Positions 1-14,151 of a stretch of 64,000 nt of DNA are shown one piece after another. The notes beneath the pieces were generated by a model. That model worked only from the letters and a program-made list of their open reading frames with translations, was not told where the DNA came from and made no database searches. The stretch spans positions 2,418,001 to 2,482,000 of the forward strand of contig NIVC01000001.1 in NCBI GenBank assembly GCA_002269645.1, given 5' to 3'. The stretch's first letter is position 1; each line of letters begins with the position of its first letter. This DNA is from Macrostomum lignano. Lineage: Eukaryota. The position numbers were made by a program, and so were the translations under genes.

Positions 1-3000
1 CTCGTGTCTCATCACTCCTCTCTCGTGTCTCATCACTCCTCTCGTGTCTCATCACTCCTCTCTCGTGTCTCATTACTTCTCTGTCGTGTCTCATCACTCC
101 TCTCTCGTGTCTCATCACTCCTCTCTCGTGTCTCATCACTCCTCTCTCGTGTCTCATCACTCCTCTCTCGTGTCTCATCACTCCTCTCTCGTGTCTCATC
201 ACTCCTCTCTCGTGTCTCATCACTCCTCTCTCGTGTCTCATCACTCCTCTCGTGTCTCATCACTCCTCTATTGTGTCTCATTACTTCTCTGTTGTGTCTC
301 ATCACTCCTCTCTCGTGTCTCATCACTCCTCTCTCGTGTCTCATCACTCCTCTCTCGTGTCTCATCACTCCTCTCGTGTCTCATCACTCCTCTCTCGTGT
401 CTCCGATCACTTCTCTCTCGCGTTTCACCACCCTCTCTCGTGTCTCCGATCACTTCTCTCCTTGTTTCACCACTCCTCTCTCGTGTCTCCGATCACTTTT
501 TTCTCGCGTTTCACCACTCCTCTCTCGTGTCTCATCACTCCTCTCTCGTGTCTCATCACTCCTCTCGTGTCTCATCACTCCTCTCTCGTGTCTCATCACT
601 CCTCTCTCGTGTCTCATCACTCCTCTCTCGTGTCTCATCACTCCTCTCGTGTCTCATCACTCCTCTCTCGTGTCTCATCACTCCTCTCTCGTGTCTCATC
701 ACTCCTCTCTCGTGTCTCATCACTCCTCTCTTGTGTCTCATCACTCCTCTCTCGTGTCTCATCACTCCTCTCGTGTCTCATCACTCCTCTCTCGTGTCTC
801 ATCACTCCTCTCTCGTGTCTCATCACTCCTCTCTCGTGTCTCATTACTTCTCTGTCGTGTCTCCGATCAGTTCTCTCTCGTGTTTCATCACTCCTCTCTC
901 GTGTCTCATCACTCCTCTCTCGTGTCTCATCACTCCTCTCTCGTGTCTCATCACTCCTCTCGTGTCTCATCACTCCTCTATTGTGTCTCATTACTTCTCT
1001 GTTGTGTCTCATCACTCCTCTCTCGTTTCTCATCACTCCTCTCTCGTGTCTCATCACTCCTCTCTCGTGTCTCATCACTCCTCTCGTGTCTCATCACTCC
1101 TCTCTCGTGTCTCCGATCACTTCTCTCTCGCGTTTCACCACCCTCTCTCGTGTCTCCGATCACTTCTCTCCTTGTTTCACCACTCCTCTCTCGTGTCTCC
1201 GATCACTTCTTTCTCGCGTTTCACCACTCCTCTCTCGTGTCTCATCACTCCTCTCTCGTGTCTCATCACTCCTCTCGTGTCTCATCACTCCTCTCTCGTG
1301 TCTCATCACTCCTCTCTCGTGTCTCATCACTCCTCTCTCGTGTCTCATCACTCCTCTCGTGTCTCATCACTCCTCTCTCGTGTCTCATTACTTCTCTGTC
1401 GTGTCTCATCACTCCTCTCTCGTGTCTCATCACTCCTCTCTCGTGTCTCATCACTCCTCTCTCGTGTCTCATCACTCCTCTCGTGTCTCATCACTCCTCT
1501 CTCGTGTCTCATCACTCCTCTCTCGTGTCTCATCACTCCTCTCTCGTGTCTCATTACTTCTCTGTCGTGTCTCCGATCAGTTCTCTCTCGTGTTTCATCA
1601 CTCCTCTCTCGTGTCTCATCACTCCTCTCTCGTGTCTCATCACTCCTCTCTCGTGTCTCATCACTCCTCTCGTGTCTCATCACTCCTCTATTGTGTCTCA
1701 TTACTTCTCTGTTGTGTCTCATCACTCCTCTCTCGTTTCTCATCACTCCTCTCTCGTTTCTCATCACTCCTCTCTCGTGTCTCATCACTCCTCTCGTGTC
1801 TCATCACTCCTCTCTCGTGTCTCCGATCACTTCTCTCTCGCGTTTCACCACCCTCTCTCGTGTCTCCGATCACTTCTCTCCTTGTTTCACCACTCCTCTC
1901 TCGTGTCTCCGATCACTTCTTTCTCGCGTTTCACCACTCCTCTCTCGTGTCTCATCACTCCTCTCTCGTGTCTCATCACTCCTCTCGTGTCTCATCACTC
2001 CTCTCTCGTGTCTCATCACTCCTCTCTCGTGTCTCATCACTCCTCTCTCGTGTCTCATCACTCCTCTCGTGTCTCATCACTCCTCTCTCGTGTCTCATTA
2101 CTTCTCTGTCGTGTCTCATCACTCCTCTCTCGTGTCTCATCACTCCTCTCTCGTGTCTCATCACTCCTCTCTCGTGTCTCATCACTCCTCTCTCGTGTCT
2201 CATCACTCCTCTCTCGTGTCTCATCACTCCTCTCGTGTCTCATCACTCCTCTCTCGTGTCTCATCACTCCTCTCTTGTGTCTCATCACTCCTCTCTCGTG
2301 TCTCATCACTCTTCTCGTGTCTCATCACTCCTCTATTGTGTCTCATTACTTCTCTGTTGTGTCTCATCACTCCTCTCTCGTGTCTCATCACTCCTCTCTC
2401 GTGTCTCATCACTCCTCTCTCGTGTCTCATCACTCCTCTCGTGTCTCATCACTCCTCTCTCGTGTCTCCGATCACTTCTCTCTCGCGTTTCACCACCCTC
2501 TCTCGTGTCTCCGATCACTTCTCTCCTTGTTTCACCACTCCTCTCTCGTGTCTCATCACTCCTCTCTCGTGTCTCATCACTCCTCTCTCGTGTCTCATCA
2601 CTCCTCTCTCGTGTCTCATCACTCCTCTCGTGTCTCATCACTCCTCTCTCGTGTCTCATCACTCCTCTCGTGTCTCATCACTCCTCTCTCGTGTCTCATT
2701 ACTTCTCTGTCGTGTCTCATCACTCCTCTCTCGTGTCTCATCACTCCTCTCTCGTGTCTCATCACTCCTCTCTCGTGTCTCATCACTCCTCTCTCGTGTC
2801 TCATCACTCCTCTCGTGTCTCATCACTCCTCTCTCGTGTCTCATCACTCCTCTCTCGTGTCTCATCACTCCTCTCGTGTCTCATCACTCCTCTATTGTGT
2901 CTCATTACTTCTCTGTTGTGTCTCATCACTCCTCTCTCGTGTCTCATCACTCCTCTCTCGCGTTTCACCACTCCTCTCTCGTGTCTCATCACTCCTCTCG

Positions 3001-4790
3001 TGTCTCATCACTCCTCTCTCGTGTCTCCGATCACTTCTCTCTCGCGTTTCACCACCCTCTCTCGTGTCTCCGATCACTTCTCTCCTTGTTTCACCACTCC
3101 TCTCTCGTGTCTCCGATCACTTCTTTCTCGCGTTTCACCACTCCTCTCTCGTGTCTCATCACTCCTCTCTCGTGTCTCATCACTCCTCTCGTGTCTCATC
3201 ACTCCTCTCTCGTGTCTCATCACTCCTCTCTCGTGTCTCATCACTCCTCTCTCGTGTCTCATCACTCCTCTCGTGTCTCATCACTCCTCTCTCGTGTCTC
3301 ATTACTTCTCTGTCGTGTCTCATCACTCCTCTCTCGTGTCTCATCACTCCTCTCTCGTGTCTCATCACTCCTCTCTCGTGTCTCATCACTCCTCTCTCGT
3401 GTCTCATCACTCCTCTCTCGTGTCTCATCACTCCTCTCGTGTCTCATCACTCCTCTCTCGTGTCTCATCACTCCTCTCTCGTGTCTCATCACTCCTCTCT
3501 CGTGTCTCATCACTCCTCTCGTGTCTCATCACTCCTCTATTGTGTCTCATTACTTCTCTGTTGTGTCTCATCACTCCTCTCTCGTGTCTCATCACTCCTC
3601 TCTCGTGTCTCATCACTCCTCTCTCGTGTCTCATCACTCCTCTCGTGTCTCATCACTCCTCTCTCGTGTCTCCGATCACTTCTCTCTCGCGTTTCACCAC
3701 CCTCTCTCGTGTCTCCGATCACTTCTCTCCTTGTTTCACCACTCCTCTCTCGTGTCTCATCACTCCTCTCTCGTGTCTCATCACTCCTCTCTCGTGTCTC
3801 ATCACTCCTCTCTCGTGTCTCATCACTCCTCTCGTGTCTCATCACTCCTCTCTCGTGTCTCATCACTCCTCTCTCGTGTCTCATCACTCCTCTCTCGTGT
3901 CTCATCACTCCTCCATTGTGTCTCATCACTCCTCTCTCGTGTCTCATCACTCCTCTCTCGTGTCTCATCACTCCTCTCTCGTGTCTCATCACTCCTCTCT
4001 CGTGTCTCATCACTCCTCTCTCGTGTCTCATCACTCCTCTCTCGTGTCTCATTACTTCTCTGTCGTGTCTCATCACTCCTCTCTCGTGTCTCATCACTCC
4101 TCTCTCGTGTCTCATCACTCCTCTCTCGTGTCTCATCACTCCTCTCTCGTGTCTCATCACTCCTCTCGTGTCTCATCACTCCTCTCTCGTGTCTCATCAC
4201 TCCTCTCTCGTGTCTCATCACTCCTCTCTCGTGTCTCATCACTCCTCTCGTGTCTCATCACTCCTCTATTGTGTCTCATTACTTCTCTGTTGTGTCTCAT
4301 CACTCCTCTCTCGTGTCTCATCACTCCTCTCTCGTGTCTCATCACTCCTCTCTCGTGTCTCATCACTCCTCTCGTGTCTCATCACTCCTCTCTCGTGTCT
4401 CATCACTCCTCTCTCGTGTCTCATCACTCCTCTCTCGTGTCTCATCACTCCTCTCTCGTGTCTCATCACTCCTCTCTTGTGTCTCATCACTCCTCTCTCG
4501 TGTCTCATCACTCCTCTCGTGTCTCATCACTCCTCTCTCGTGTCTCATCACTCCTCTCTCGTGTCTCATCACTCCTCTCTCGTGTCTCATTACTTCTCTG
4601 TCGTGTCTCCGATCAGTTCTCTCTCGTGTTTCATCACTCCTTTCTCGTGTCTGCTTACCCCTCCATCGTCTCTCCGATCACTCCTCTCTCGTGTTCACTC
4701 CTCACTCTCTCGTGTCTTTTCACTCCTCACTCTCTCGTGTATTTTCACTCCTCACTCTCTCGTGTCTGTTCACTCCTGTCGTTACCTGTC
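1..4790. repeat. Satellite, 21-bp unit CTCGTGTCTCATCACTCCTCT (19-bp variant) with higher-order structure; runs off the window start
   Basis: Directly visible tandem array; diagnostic variant block recurs at 271, 981, 1691, 2336, 2895, 3540, 4269. Confidence 0.97.
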
Positions 4791-5494
4791 TACACAGGTA
4801 CAAACAAGCGGATCCAACATGTTTTAAGTGGCGGGGGTCTGCAAATACAAGTAATTAATGGGAGTACGAGTTAGACACGCAACCAGTGGTGGATCCCTGA
4901 GGGTCAAGGGGTCAGCCGACCCCCGAAAGAAAGGGAGTCTTGTAAAACGACCCGTAATTTAGGAAGACACGCTTGTACTAAGCACTGCGGGCAATTCTCA
5001 GGGACCGCTGTCATTCGTGCTATGGCCTGTAAAGTGCATCGGCTGGCTACTATAGCGATAAGTCCTTAGCGACATGAGTAGTGAGCACTTAAAAACTGTT
5101 AAGAGTCGCGAGTGCACAGAATGAGAGGTCGCACACAGAGCCAGCTTATCACTGTCGAATTCTATAGAGCTACTGGTAGCACCTGATTCGACTGCAGCTA
5201 TAGGTCTGCGAGATCTAGCAGTAAATACGTCAGAACTTAAGCTATACCTGTCCGCACAGGCATATGTAGTAGGCTAAATAAAAAATGACATTGAATTGTA
5301 CACTTTTAGCAAGATCGACGCGTTGCAAAACGTGTGGCATGACCTACAGTGTATAGCGGCTATATGGTACGACATGGGATGTAATTTTGATACTCAAATT
5401 CAGAGGGGCAAGAGGCAGCACGAAGCCCGTATATACCCGTATGCATGTAGCTAGGCCCGCTATTCCAAGTAATCCACAGAATCGACAAGAACAC

Positions 5495-5770
5495 CACAAC
5501 AGTGCCACAACAACAACATCCACAACAGTGCCAGAACAACAACATCCACAACAGTGCCACAACAACAACATCCACAACAGTGCCACAACAACACCACAAC
5601 AGTGCCACAACAACAACATCCACAAGAGAGCCAACAACATCCACAACAGAGCTACAACAACATCCACAACAGAGCCACAACAACATCCACAACAGAGCCA
5701 CAACAACATCCACAACAGAGCCACAACAACATCCACAACAGAGCCACAACAACATCCACAACAGAGCTAT
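5495..5770. repeat. Minisatellite, 23-26-bp unit CACAACAG(A/T)GCCACAACAAC(AAC)ATC
   Basis: Visible tandem copies. Confidence 0.9.
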
Positions 5771-6399
5771 AACTTCTCCCATAGGAACATCACAACTCAA
5801 ATATTTTTATAGATATTGGCGCGTAACATGACTAATGTACTGCATAGATTGATAAAGTGGAAAAGTGCAAAATTCTGAGGACAGTAAGCACAGAGTTTTA
5901 TTTTTGAATCCCATTTCCCATAAAAATAGGTGAAAAGTAGTTGTGCTGCTTTTACGGCAGGCCATATATGGGATTGCAGCCTTGCAGTAAACTTTTTTGG
6001 CTATCCTATCTATCTAGCTTTCACATTTCTCAGTTTTCCACGTTCGTTCCCCTTTCCCATTTGTACTTTTTATGCTATAGAAAGCAGGCATAGCGTGGCC
6101 AGATTCGATTTATTTCCTTTCCCAATTCCCTTACTTTAACTTCCTAGTTTGGCTGAACTTAATGTAAATTAACAAAAATAACAATGAATTTGAATTTGTC
6201 AATTGTGAAAACGGAACCAAATTTTTACGTGCTAAAACAAAACACAAAATTAAGAACACAAATGATTTTGCGATAACCAGTTTCCAGCTAATTAATTTGA
6301 TTTGGTCGGTGAACCCCCTACACCTTGAATGTGTACTGTTGGATTGTCAGTGAAGTTCTATATGCACTATTTATCAGGGGTCAGGGACTCTTAGATAAT

Positions 6400-6690
6400 G
6401 TGTCCGTGAGTAAGTCCTAGACATTGTGTCAGTGAGTCCTAGACATTGTGTCAGTGAGTCCTAGACATTGTGTTAGTGAGTCCTAAACATTGTGTCAGTG
6501 AGTCCTAGACATTGTGTCAGTGAGTCCTAGACATTGTGTCAGTGAGTCCTAAACATTGTGTCAGTAAGTCCTAGACACTGTCAGTGAGTCCTAGACATTG
6601 TGTCCGTGAGTTCTAGACATTGTGTCCGTGAGACCTGTGTCCGTGAGGCCTGTGTCAGTGAGTCCTAGTATTGTCAGTGAGTCCTAGACA
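6400..6690. repeat. Minisatellite, 22-bp unit AGTCCTAGACATTGTGTCAGTG
   Basis: Visible tandem copies, degenerating at the 3' end. Confidence 0.9.
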
Positions 6691-7879
6691 CTGAGAATGA
6701 GTTCTAGGGGGGGTTCTAATTGTCAGTGAATATTGTCAGATAGCTACCTTTTCGTTCTAAATCTAGCTTTGGATTTTGGAACAAAAATTAATCGATAAAT
6801 TCCACCCCAATATCCGAGCCATAAAGTTCCCATTCCAACAGCTAGTTTTTCTGCACCGAAAAAAGTGGCGCCCCGGTTTTGGTACACACATCCTCGGGTC
6901 GGGAGTGACTGATAAACCAGCAGTTTATCAGTTCCGTTCGAGCCAATATTTTCCCTTTGACTGCCAGGCCCTGCTGGCTGCAATTAAAAGTACACCGCGG
7001 CATAAAAACTCGACGGTGCAGAGTTGCAGACCAATTCGAATAGCTCCTTGCTAGATTATTGATTAATCCTCTCTCCTGCCTTCATCCAGTCAAGCCTAAA
7101 TTTAGTCCCTCTCAGATCCTCATTCGATTATGTAAAAGTGCAACTAGGTCCCCCTGGAAAATTGGGAAACAAACTCGTTTATATGGGATTTCATTTTTAT
7201 AGGTAGAGATTTGCGCTCCCGCGAGAGGCTCTATTGTCACGACTCACTAGGGACTGGGAGGAAAAGGAGTTTGAGTTAGCTGATGACTGGGAAGGACTCA
7301 TTTTCATGGATTTGAAAAAAGTACACGCAAGGCAGTCGAACGACTAACGAACGGCCTGCCCTTCAGCTAGGGGAGAGGGGGGCCGGGACGACGCTAAAGT
7401 GCGCCTGCCTCCCCAGCAGTGTTCTATTTTTAGCAACACGGGCAGACAACACGCTTTAAAGTGCAAAGGCTCTCGTTTTCATTGCGCGCTTGTGAGAGAA
7501 AATGGCCTGATGATAGCTGAAACTTGCACTGTACTCGTCTTTTTTATGAGGCCTTTTTACGCCTGAAATAACTTCTGCATGTCCTTGCTGAAGGAGAAGA
7601 CTCGAAAATTCGAAGATTACAAAGATATACCACTCAGGGGTACGTGTGATAAACCACCGACCCCGCAGAGTTGACTTCAGGGTAGCGGTTGATCAATGTT
7701 GTTGAGTAGTGAGTATATATATGACATCTGGGATGCTTAAAACTTTCCTTCACAAAGACAGGCGTGATAAGAAAAGAAAGTTAATGAGGACTTGAAGGTG
7801 AAAAATCGACAGTGGGAGAGGGAAGGTTAGAACCTGGAAGGAGAGGGAGAAAAGAGGGTAAGAGAGGGGGTGAGAAAGG

Positions 7880-8345
<466 letters not shown>

Positions 8346-8934
8346 TGGGAAGCTGAGAGATGGAGCCTACAGGGTAATGGAGGAGGTGAAAGACAAGAGA
8401 CGAACGGATGTGAGAGTGAATTCGAATTCGAATGTCACTGAGGCATCGGTGAATAGTGAGAAAGAATGACTGGATAAGGCTGCTAGGGAAGTTCGGAGGC
8501 GATGGGATGTCATGTGACAGAGTGCCATCACGAACTTGTCACATTCGAGAGTATCGATAATATGGCGGAGGAATTTGACTTAGTGAATGCACGGGTCCGG
8601 GCTCCAAAGTAGTTGTTCGAACTCTAAATTAAAATTTGAATTTCCGTGCAGTCGAATAGCGATTGACAAGTATCAGCTGAAGATCGAACTGGGGTGCATG
8701 CGAAGCTTTCACTGGCTGCACCTGCCATGAAGGACCCGACATGTAGACAGGTGAGAAAGGTTTCTCAATTTTTTCCTTCGATCCAATTCTATCACGCCAT
8801 AAGCTGAGCTGGCCCAAAAATGGCCCATGGTAACGAATGAATGGCATTGTGCATGCAATGTACGCATTTGGTACGTGGGCAGCTGCTGTTTATAGGAGCT
8901 TGCCGTGGGGTGTGATTCGTGCTATTAGGACTGC

Positions 8935-10757
8935 GAGTGTCAGTGGTTAGACCAGAGTGTCAGTTGATAGACCCGAGTGTCAGTGAATAGACCCGAGTGT
9001 CAGTGGATAGACCAGAGTGTCAGTGGATAGACCCGAGTGTCAGTGAATAGACCCGAGTGTCAGTGAATAGACCCGAGTGTCAGTGAATAGACCCGAGTGT
9101 CAGTGGATAGACCAGAGTGTCAGTGGATAGACCCGAGTGTCAGTTGATAGACCCGAGTGTCAGTGGATAGACCAGAGTGTCAGTGGATAGACCCGAGTGT
9201 CAGTGGATAGACCAGAGTGTCAGTGAATAGACCCGAGTGTCAGTTGATAGACCCGAGTGTCAGTGGATAGACCCGAGTGTCAGTGGATAGACCCGAGTGT
9301 CAGTGGATAGACCCGAGCGTCAGTGGATAGACCCGAGTATCAGTGGATAGACCAGAGTGTCAGTGAATAGAACCGAGTGTCAGTGGATAGACCCGAGTGT
9401 CAGTGGATAGACCCGAGTGTCAGTGGATAGACCAGAGTGTCAGTGGATAGACCCGAGTGTCAGTGGATAGACCAGAGTGTCAGTGAATAGACCCGAGTGT
9501 CAGTGGATAGACCAGAGTGTCAGTGGATAGACCCGAGTGTCAGTGGATAGACCAGAGTGTCAGTGAATAGACCCGAGTGTCAGTGGATAGACCAGAGTGT
9601 CAGTGGATAGACCCGAGTGTCAGTGGATAGACCAGAGTGTCAGTGGATAGACCAGAGTGTCAGTGAATAGACCAGAGTGTCAGTGAATAGACCCGAGTGT
9701 CAGTGGATAGACCAGAGTGTCAGTGGATAGACCAGAGTGTCAGTGAATAGACCCGAGTGTCAGTGGATAGACCCGAGTGTCAGTGGATAGACCCGAGTGT
9801 CAGTGGATAGACCAGAGTGTCAGTGGATAGACCAGAGTGTCAGTGAATAGACCCGAGTGTCAGTGGATAGACCCGAGTGTCAGTGGATAGACCCGAGTGT
9901 CAGTGGATAGACCAGAGTGTCAGTGGATAGACCCGAGTGTCAGTGGATAGACCCGAGTGTCAGTGGATAGACCCGAGTGTCAGTGGATAGACCAGAGTTC
10001 AGTGGATAGACCCGAGTGTCAGTGGATAGACCAGAGTTCAGTGGATAGACCCGAGTGTCTTGACTTACTTGACTTAGCTGCAGGGCTGTCCCGGAGGGGA
10101 CACAGCGGGAAGACGCGAACGCCCATTCCGCTAATCCCTAAACGGCCTACGCGTCGCTATGGACGAAGGGTTGGCGCCGCCCGGGGAGGTCCCCAGTGTC
10201 GCCAGCAGCTATAGTGCTCTCTGGAAAGGAGAGTTCAGCCCTGCGGGTGGCCCGGAGGTAGCGCATGAGCTGATTAAAGTTTTCGGGTTTGCACGCTTCA
10301 GTAATAGATGTGTGTGGCCCGAGGTAAGTGACTCTGGCTCGCTTAAGGCGGGACAGATGCTGACGAAATGCTCAACGGTTTCGTCACCCGAGTTACAGAA
10401 ACTGTTGGTGGCGTTGCCCTGCAGGTACTGGTGCCTAGAGAAGCAGCCGTGGCCTTATAGAGAGTCATGGTGGCAGCCCGGATGTCTCTGTGCGAGAGGC
10501 GCAAGAGGAGCTACCGGAGCTGGTGAGAGGGCTGAGGGACAGCGCCTCTGGATTGCCTGCAGGTAGTGCGGTTCGCCCAAACCGAGCGGTGCTGGGTCCT
10601 GATCCACGCTTTGATGCGCGAGTCGATGACACAGCCAGGTATCGGGACAAGGGGTTCGGGACCGAGAGAGGAGCCGAGTTGTCAGTTGATAGACCAGAGT
10701 GTCAGTGGATAAGCCCGAGTGTCAGTGGATAAGCCCGAGTCTCAGTGGATAGACCCG
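8935..10757. repeat. Satellite, 20-bp unit CAGTGGATAGACCCGAGTGT, interrupted at 10059-10673 by a retroelement fragment
   Basis: More than 50 near-perfect copies at 8935-10058; a few more copies resume at about 10674-10757. Confidence 0.96.
10059..10673 (-). mobile_element. 5'-truncated non-LTR retrotransposon (I/LOA-type) 3' end, degenerate
   Basis: My minus-strand translation gives ...WIRTQHRSVWANRTTCRQSR...LSHRDIRAATMTL-(frameshift)-GHGCFSRHQYLQGNATNSFCNSGDETVEHFVSICP. This resembles the GH...HL...C..C...ET.EH...CP zinc knuckle that ends ORF2 of RNase-H-bearing LINEs. It has one stop and one frameshift, and ends in a short tandem tail (TAAGTCAAG)x2 at 10059-10076. Clade assignment is from motif memory. 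Confidence 0.75.
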
Positions 10758-11204
10758 AGCATCTATCAACAATGAGAGTGAGCAATGCAATAATTTCGTC
10801 ATTCCCAGTCTTGTTAATTTTCCGGCCTCCAACGCCAGGTCGCCCACCTTCTCTCCCAGCAGAAGTGTTTACGATAGCTGGCTGCCCAGCAATCCTATTT
10901 TGCACTTTTAAACTAGTGTACGCATGCATGCAAAGCACTTGAGCTGCGTTCTCCTGGCTCACGGTGAGATCTATGCACCAGCAAAACGCAGTTGTTCCAT
11001 AAAGTTTTTTTTCCAAGGCATGGCTGTCAACCACCTCCAGTTGCAGACGAATTTGCGCTTATGGGCGAGCGTTTGCTGGTTCAATACTCGCACGAGAGAT
11101 CCGAGTGTAGAGTTAAAAATTATAATATTAGTTTCAGTTAATTGCGCTCAATCGGCTTAATATTTTAAAGCTGCTAGATTAAAATCTGGTTCGAATACAC
11201 TATC

Positions 11205-11868
<664 letters not shown>

Positions 11869-12649
11869 TTGCAGCAATCGAATACAGAAAAACCATGCAA
11901 TTTCAACTGACGCACATCGAGGAAAGTCTGATGACACCAAGCAGCCAGCAAACTGGATAACGGTATAGTGTATTTCCACTCACTCAAATAGCATGGAAAA
12001 TTCGCTTTGGACATGGAGAAACGCATACAGAATTTTAAACGAAATTTCGATTTCCAAACAACGATTTGAGAGACAGAGAGAGAGAGTAGTTTGCAAAGCT
12101 CTCTGATGTAGCGGTGCGGGAAATCAATTGCAAAACTCACGCTTCCTGGACAGAGAAGAGAGAGCCGTCGAAGGCAAACTCAAATAGGGAAAATTGTGAG
12201 CGATTTCGCCCAGGTGCAACAAAATTGAGATAAGTAGACAATTTTGGATAGAGATTAAAAATAATCACAAAACGGTCAAGATGATCTTCATACTCTGGTA
12301 GAACTAGTATTGATCAGCGAGTGTACTGCAGTATGTAGGCAGTGCATTCTATAGGTTCAGTGCGACTGACAACAACGCCTGACAATCGACGCGATGACGC
12401 AGCTACGCAGAGGACGCTTAACAGGATGAAGACTATATATAATTGAATTTTGAGCTGTCTCTTGTCAGAAAGAGGAAGTAAAGAGGAAGCGAATTTGATG
12501 GATTGAAATGAAGCTGCGGAATCAAACTGTTCAGCTGAGGATTAGGAGGCAGAAAGAAGGTATAGGGATCAAAAGAAACCAAACGCGAGGAGAGAGTGGA
12601 AGATGAATAGAAAAGGGGCGAAAGAGAGATAGGAGAGTAAGAAATGGTA

Positions 12650-13213
<564 letters not shown>

Positions 13214-13861
13214 CGGGATTACACAGCGGACCTAAATGAAGTCACAAAGACATTTCGTACCGAGAACTTTCAAAACATTAAAAAATAAGCAAGTTTCGAG
13301 GGCAAAACGAAACACACAAAAATGGGCTCATGACAAAGATGGGAGAGTGAATGGCTTATAAACTGCATTTTACGCTCAGGGAGGAGAAGAGCAGCTTATT
13401 ATTGACAAGCAAGCAAGCAATGCTGACACAGGAAAACAATATTACAAATGTAACAACGCTGAGTATACCGGTTCAGTAGCTCTCGATAACGAGCTTGCGC
13501 AATGGAACAAAGAGCGGATACCGGAGACACACTACTACAACTACACATACTACTACTACGGCTACTATACAACTATTGTATTAAAACGTTGATCCTAAAG
13601 CGAGGCAGCGCCTTCTCAAAGCTGGCAGCTGCTGGGGTTCAAGCACAAGCAGGTGCCAATGGAGACAGCAGGGTGCGCAGAGACGGACAAAAAACATTAA
13701 CACACAAGACACACCAAAATAACATTACGACTGTTATACGTTCATTTGGATTTGATCAAATTAGCCAGTGAAATTCAATTTCAATTCATCATCTTCTGCG
13801 CGTCATCCTGTGCACTCGATGAATTTGTTCAATTGAACTTGCATGCAGTCAGCGGGGTGCG

Positions 13862-14085
13862 TTAGCCTAGCTGGACTCTGATGTACTCGTCAACTGTTGA
13901 GCTGAGGTGACTGCAGAACAGGATCTCTAGGCGGGCTTTGTCAGTCTGCGACACGGCCTCCAGGATTGCTTCGGCTTCTTTGAAGTGCTGCGCTAGGCCC
14001 TTGACCCCGAGGTGATGGTAGATGTGCTTCATGATCTCTGACTGCACCTCGGCCAGGGCCGGGGCGTCCGGCTGAGACTGGTCGG
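13862..14085 (-). CDS. NR0B (DAX1/SHP)-like nuclear receptor, coding exon 2 (LBD helices 9-12)
   Basis: Acceptor tattgcag|CC at 14086/14085. The phase-1 join with exon 1 gives AAIFM-P-DQSQPDAPALAEVQSEIMKHIYHHLGVKGLAQHFKEAEAILEAVSQTDKARLEILFCSHLSSTVDEYIRVQLG*. This aligns with the DAX1/SHP 'LFNPD...LQ...L..L.....ELFF.PI.G...DD' region. Stop TAA at 13864-13862. Confidence 0.8.
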
Positions 14086-14151
14086 CTGCAATATAGGGTG
14101 TCATTGTGTACTTTTAATTGATGGATTGCTAATCTACTGCAGTGTCTATGG

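Noticed and set aside
4-4874. Three overlapping 1540-1607-aa ORFs and many short reverse ORFs
   Set aside because: They are translations of a 21-bp pyrimidine-rich satellite that lacks stop codons on one strand; all three frames are open and give the same peptides.
4884-4930. hAT-MITE-like start CAGTGGTGGATCC
   Set aside because: No matching right TIR or 8-bp TSD found nearby.
5344-5831. ORFs near 5.3-5.8 kb, including ...AASCPSEFEYQNYIPC
   Set aside because: Mostly repeat-derived; the unique tail lacks convincing splice sites or a recognisable domain.
8652-8750. Plus-strand exon-like segment (tgcag|...CAG|gtgaga) with GCCATG start, MKDPTCRQ
   Set aside because: There are stops in all three frames across the segment and I found no in-frame downstream partner exon; it could be non-coding but I cannot support that.
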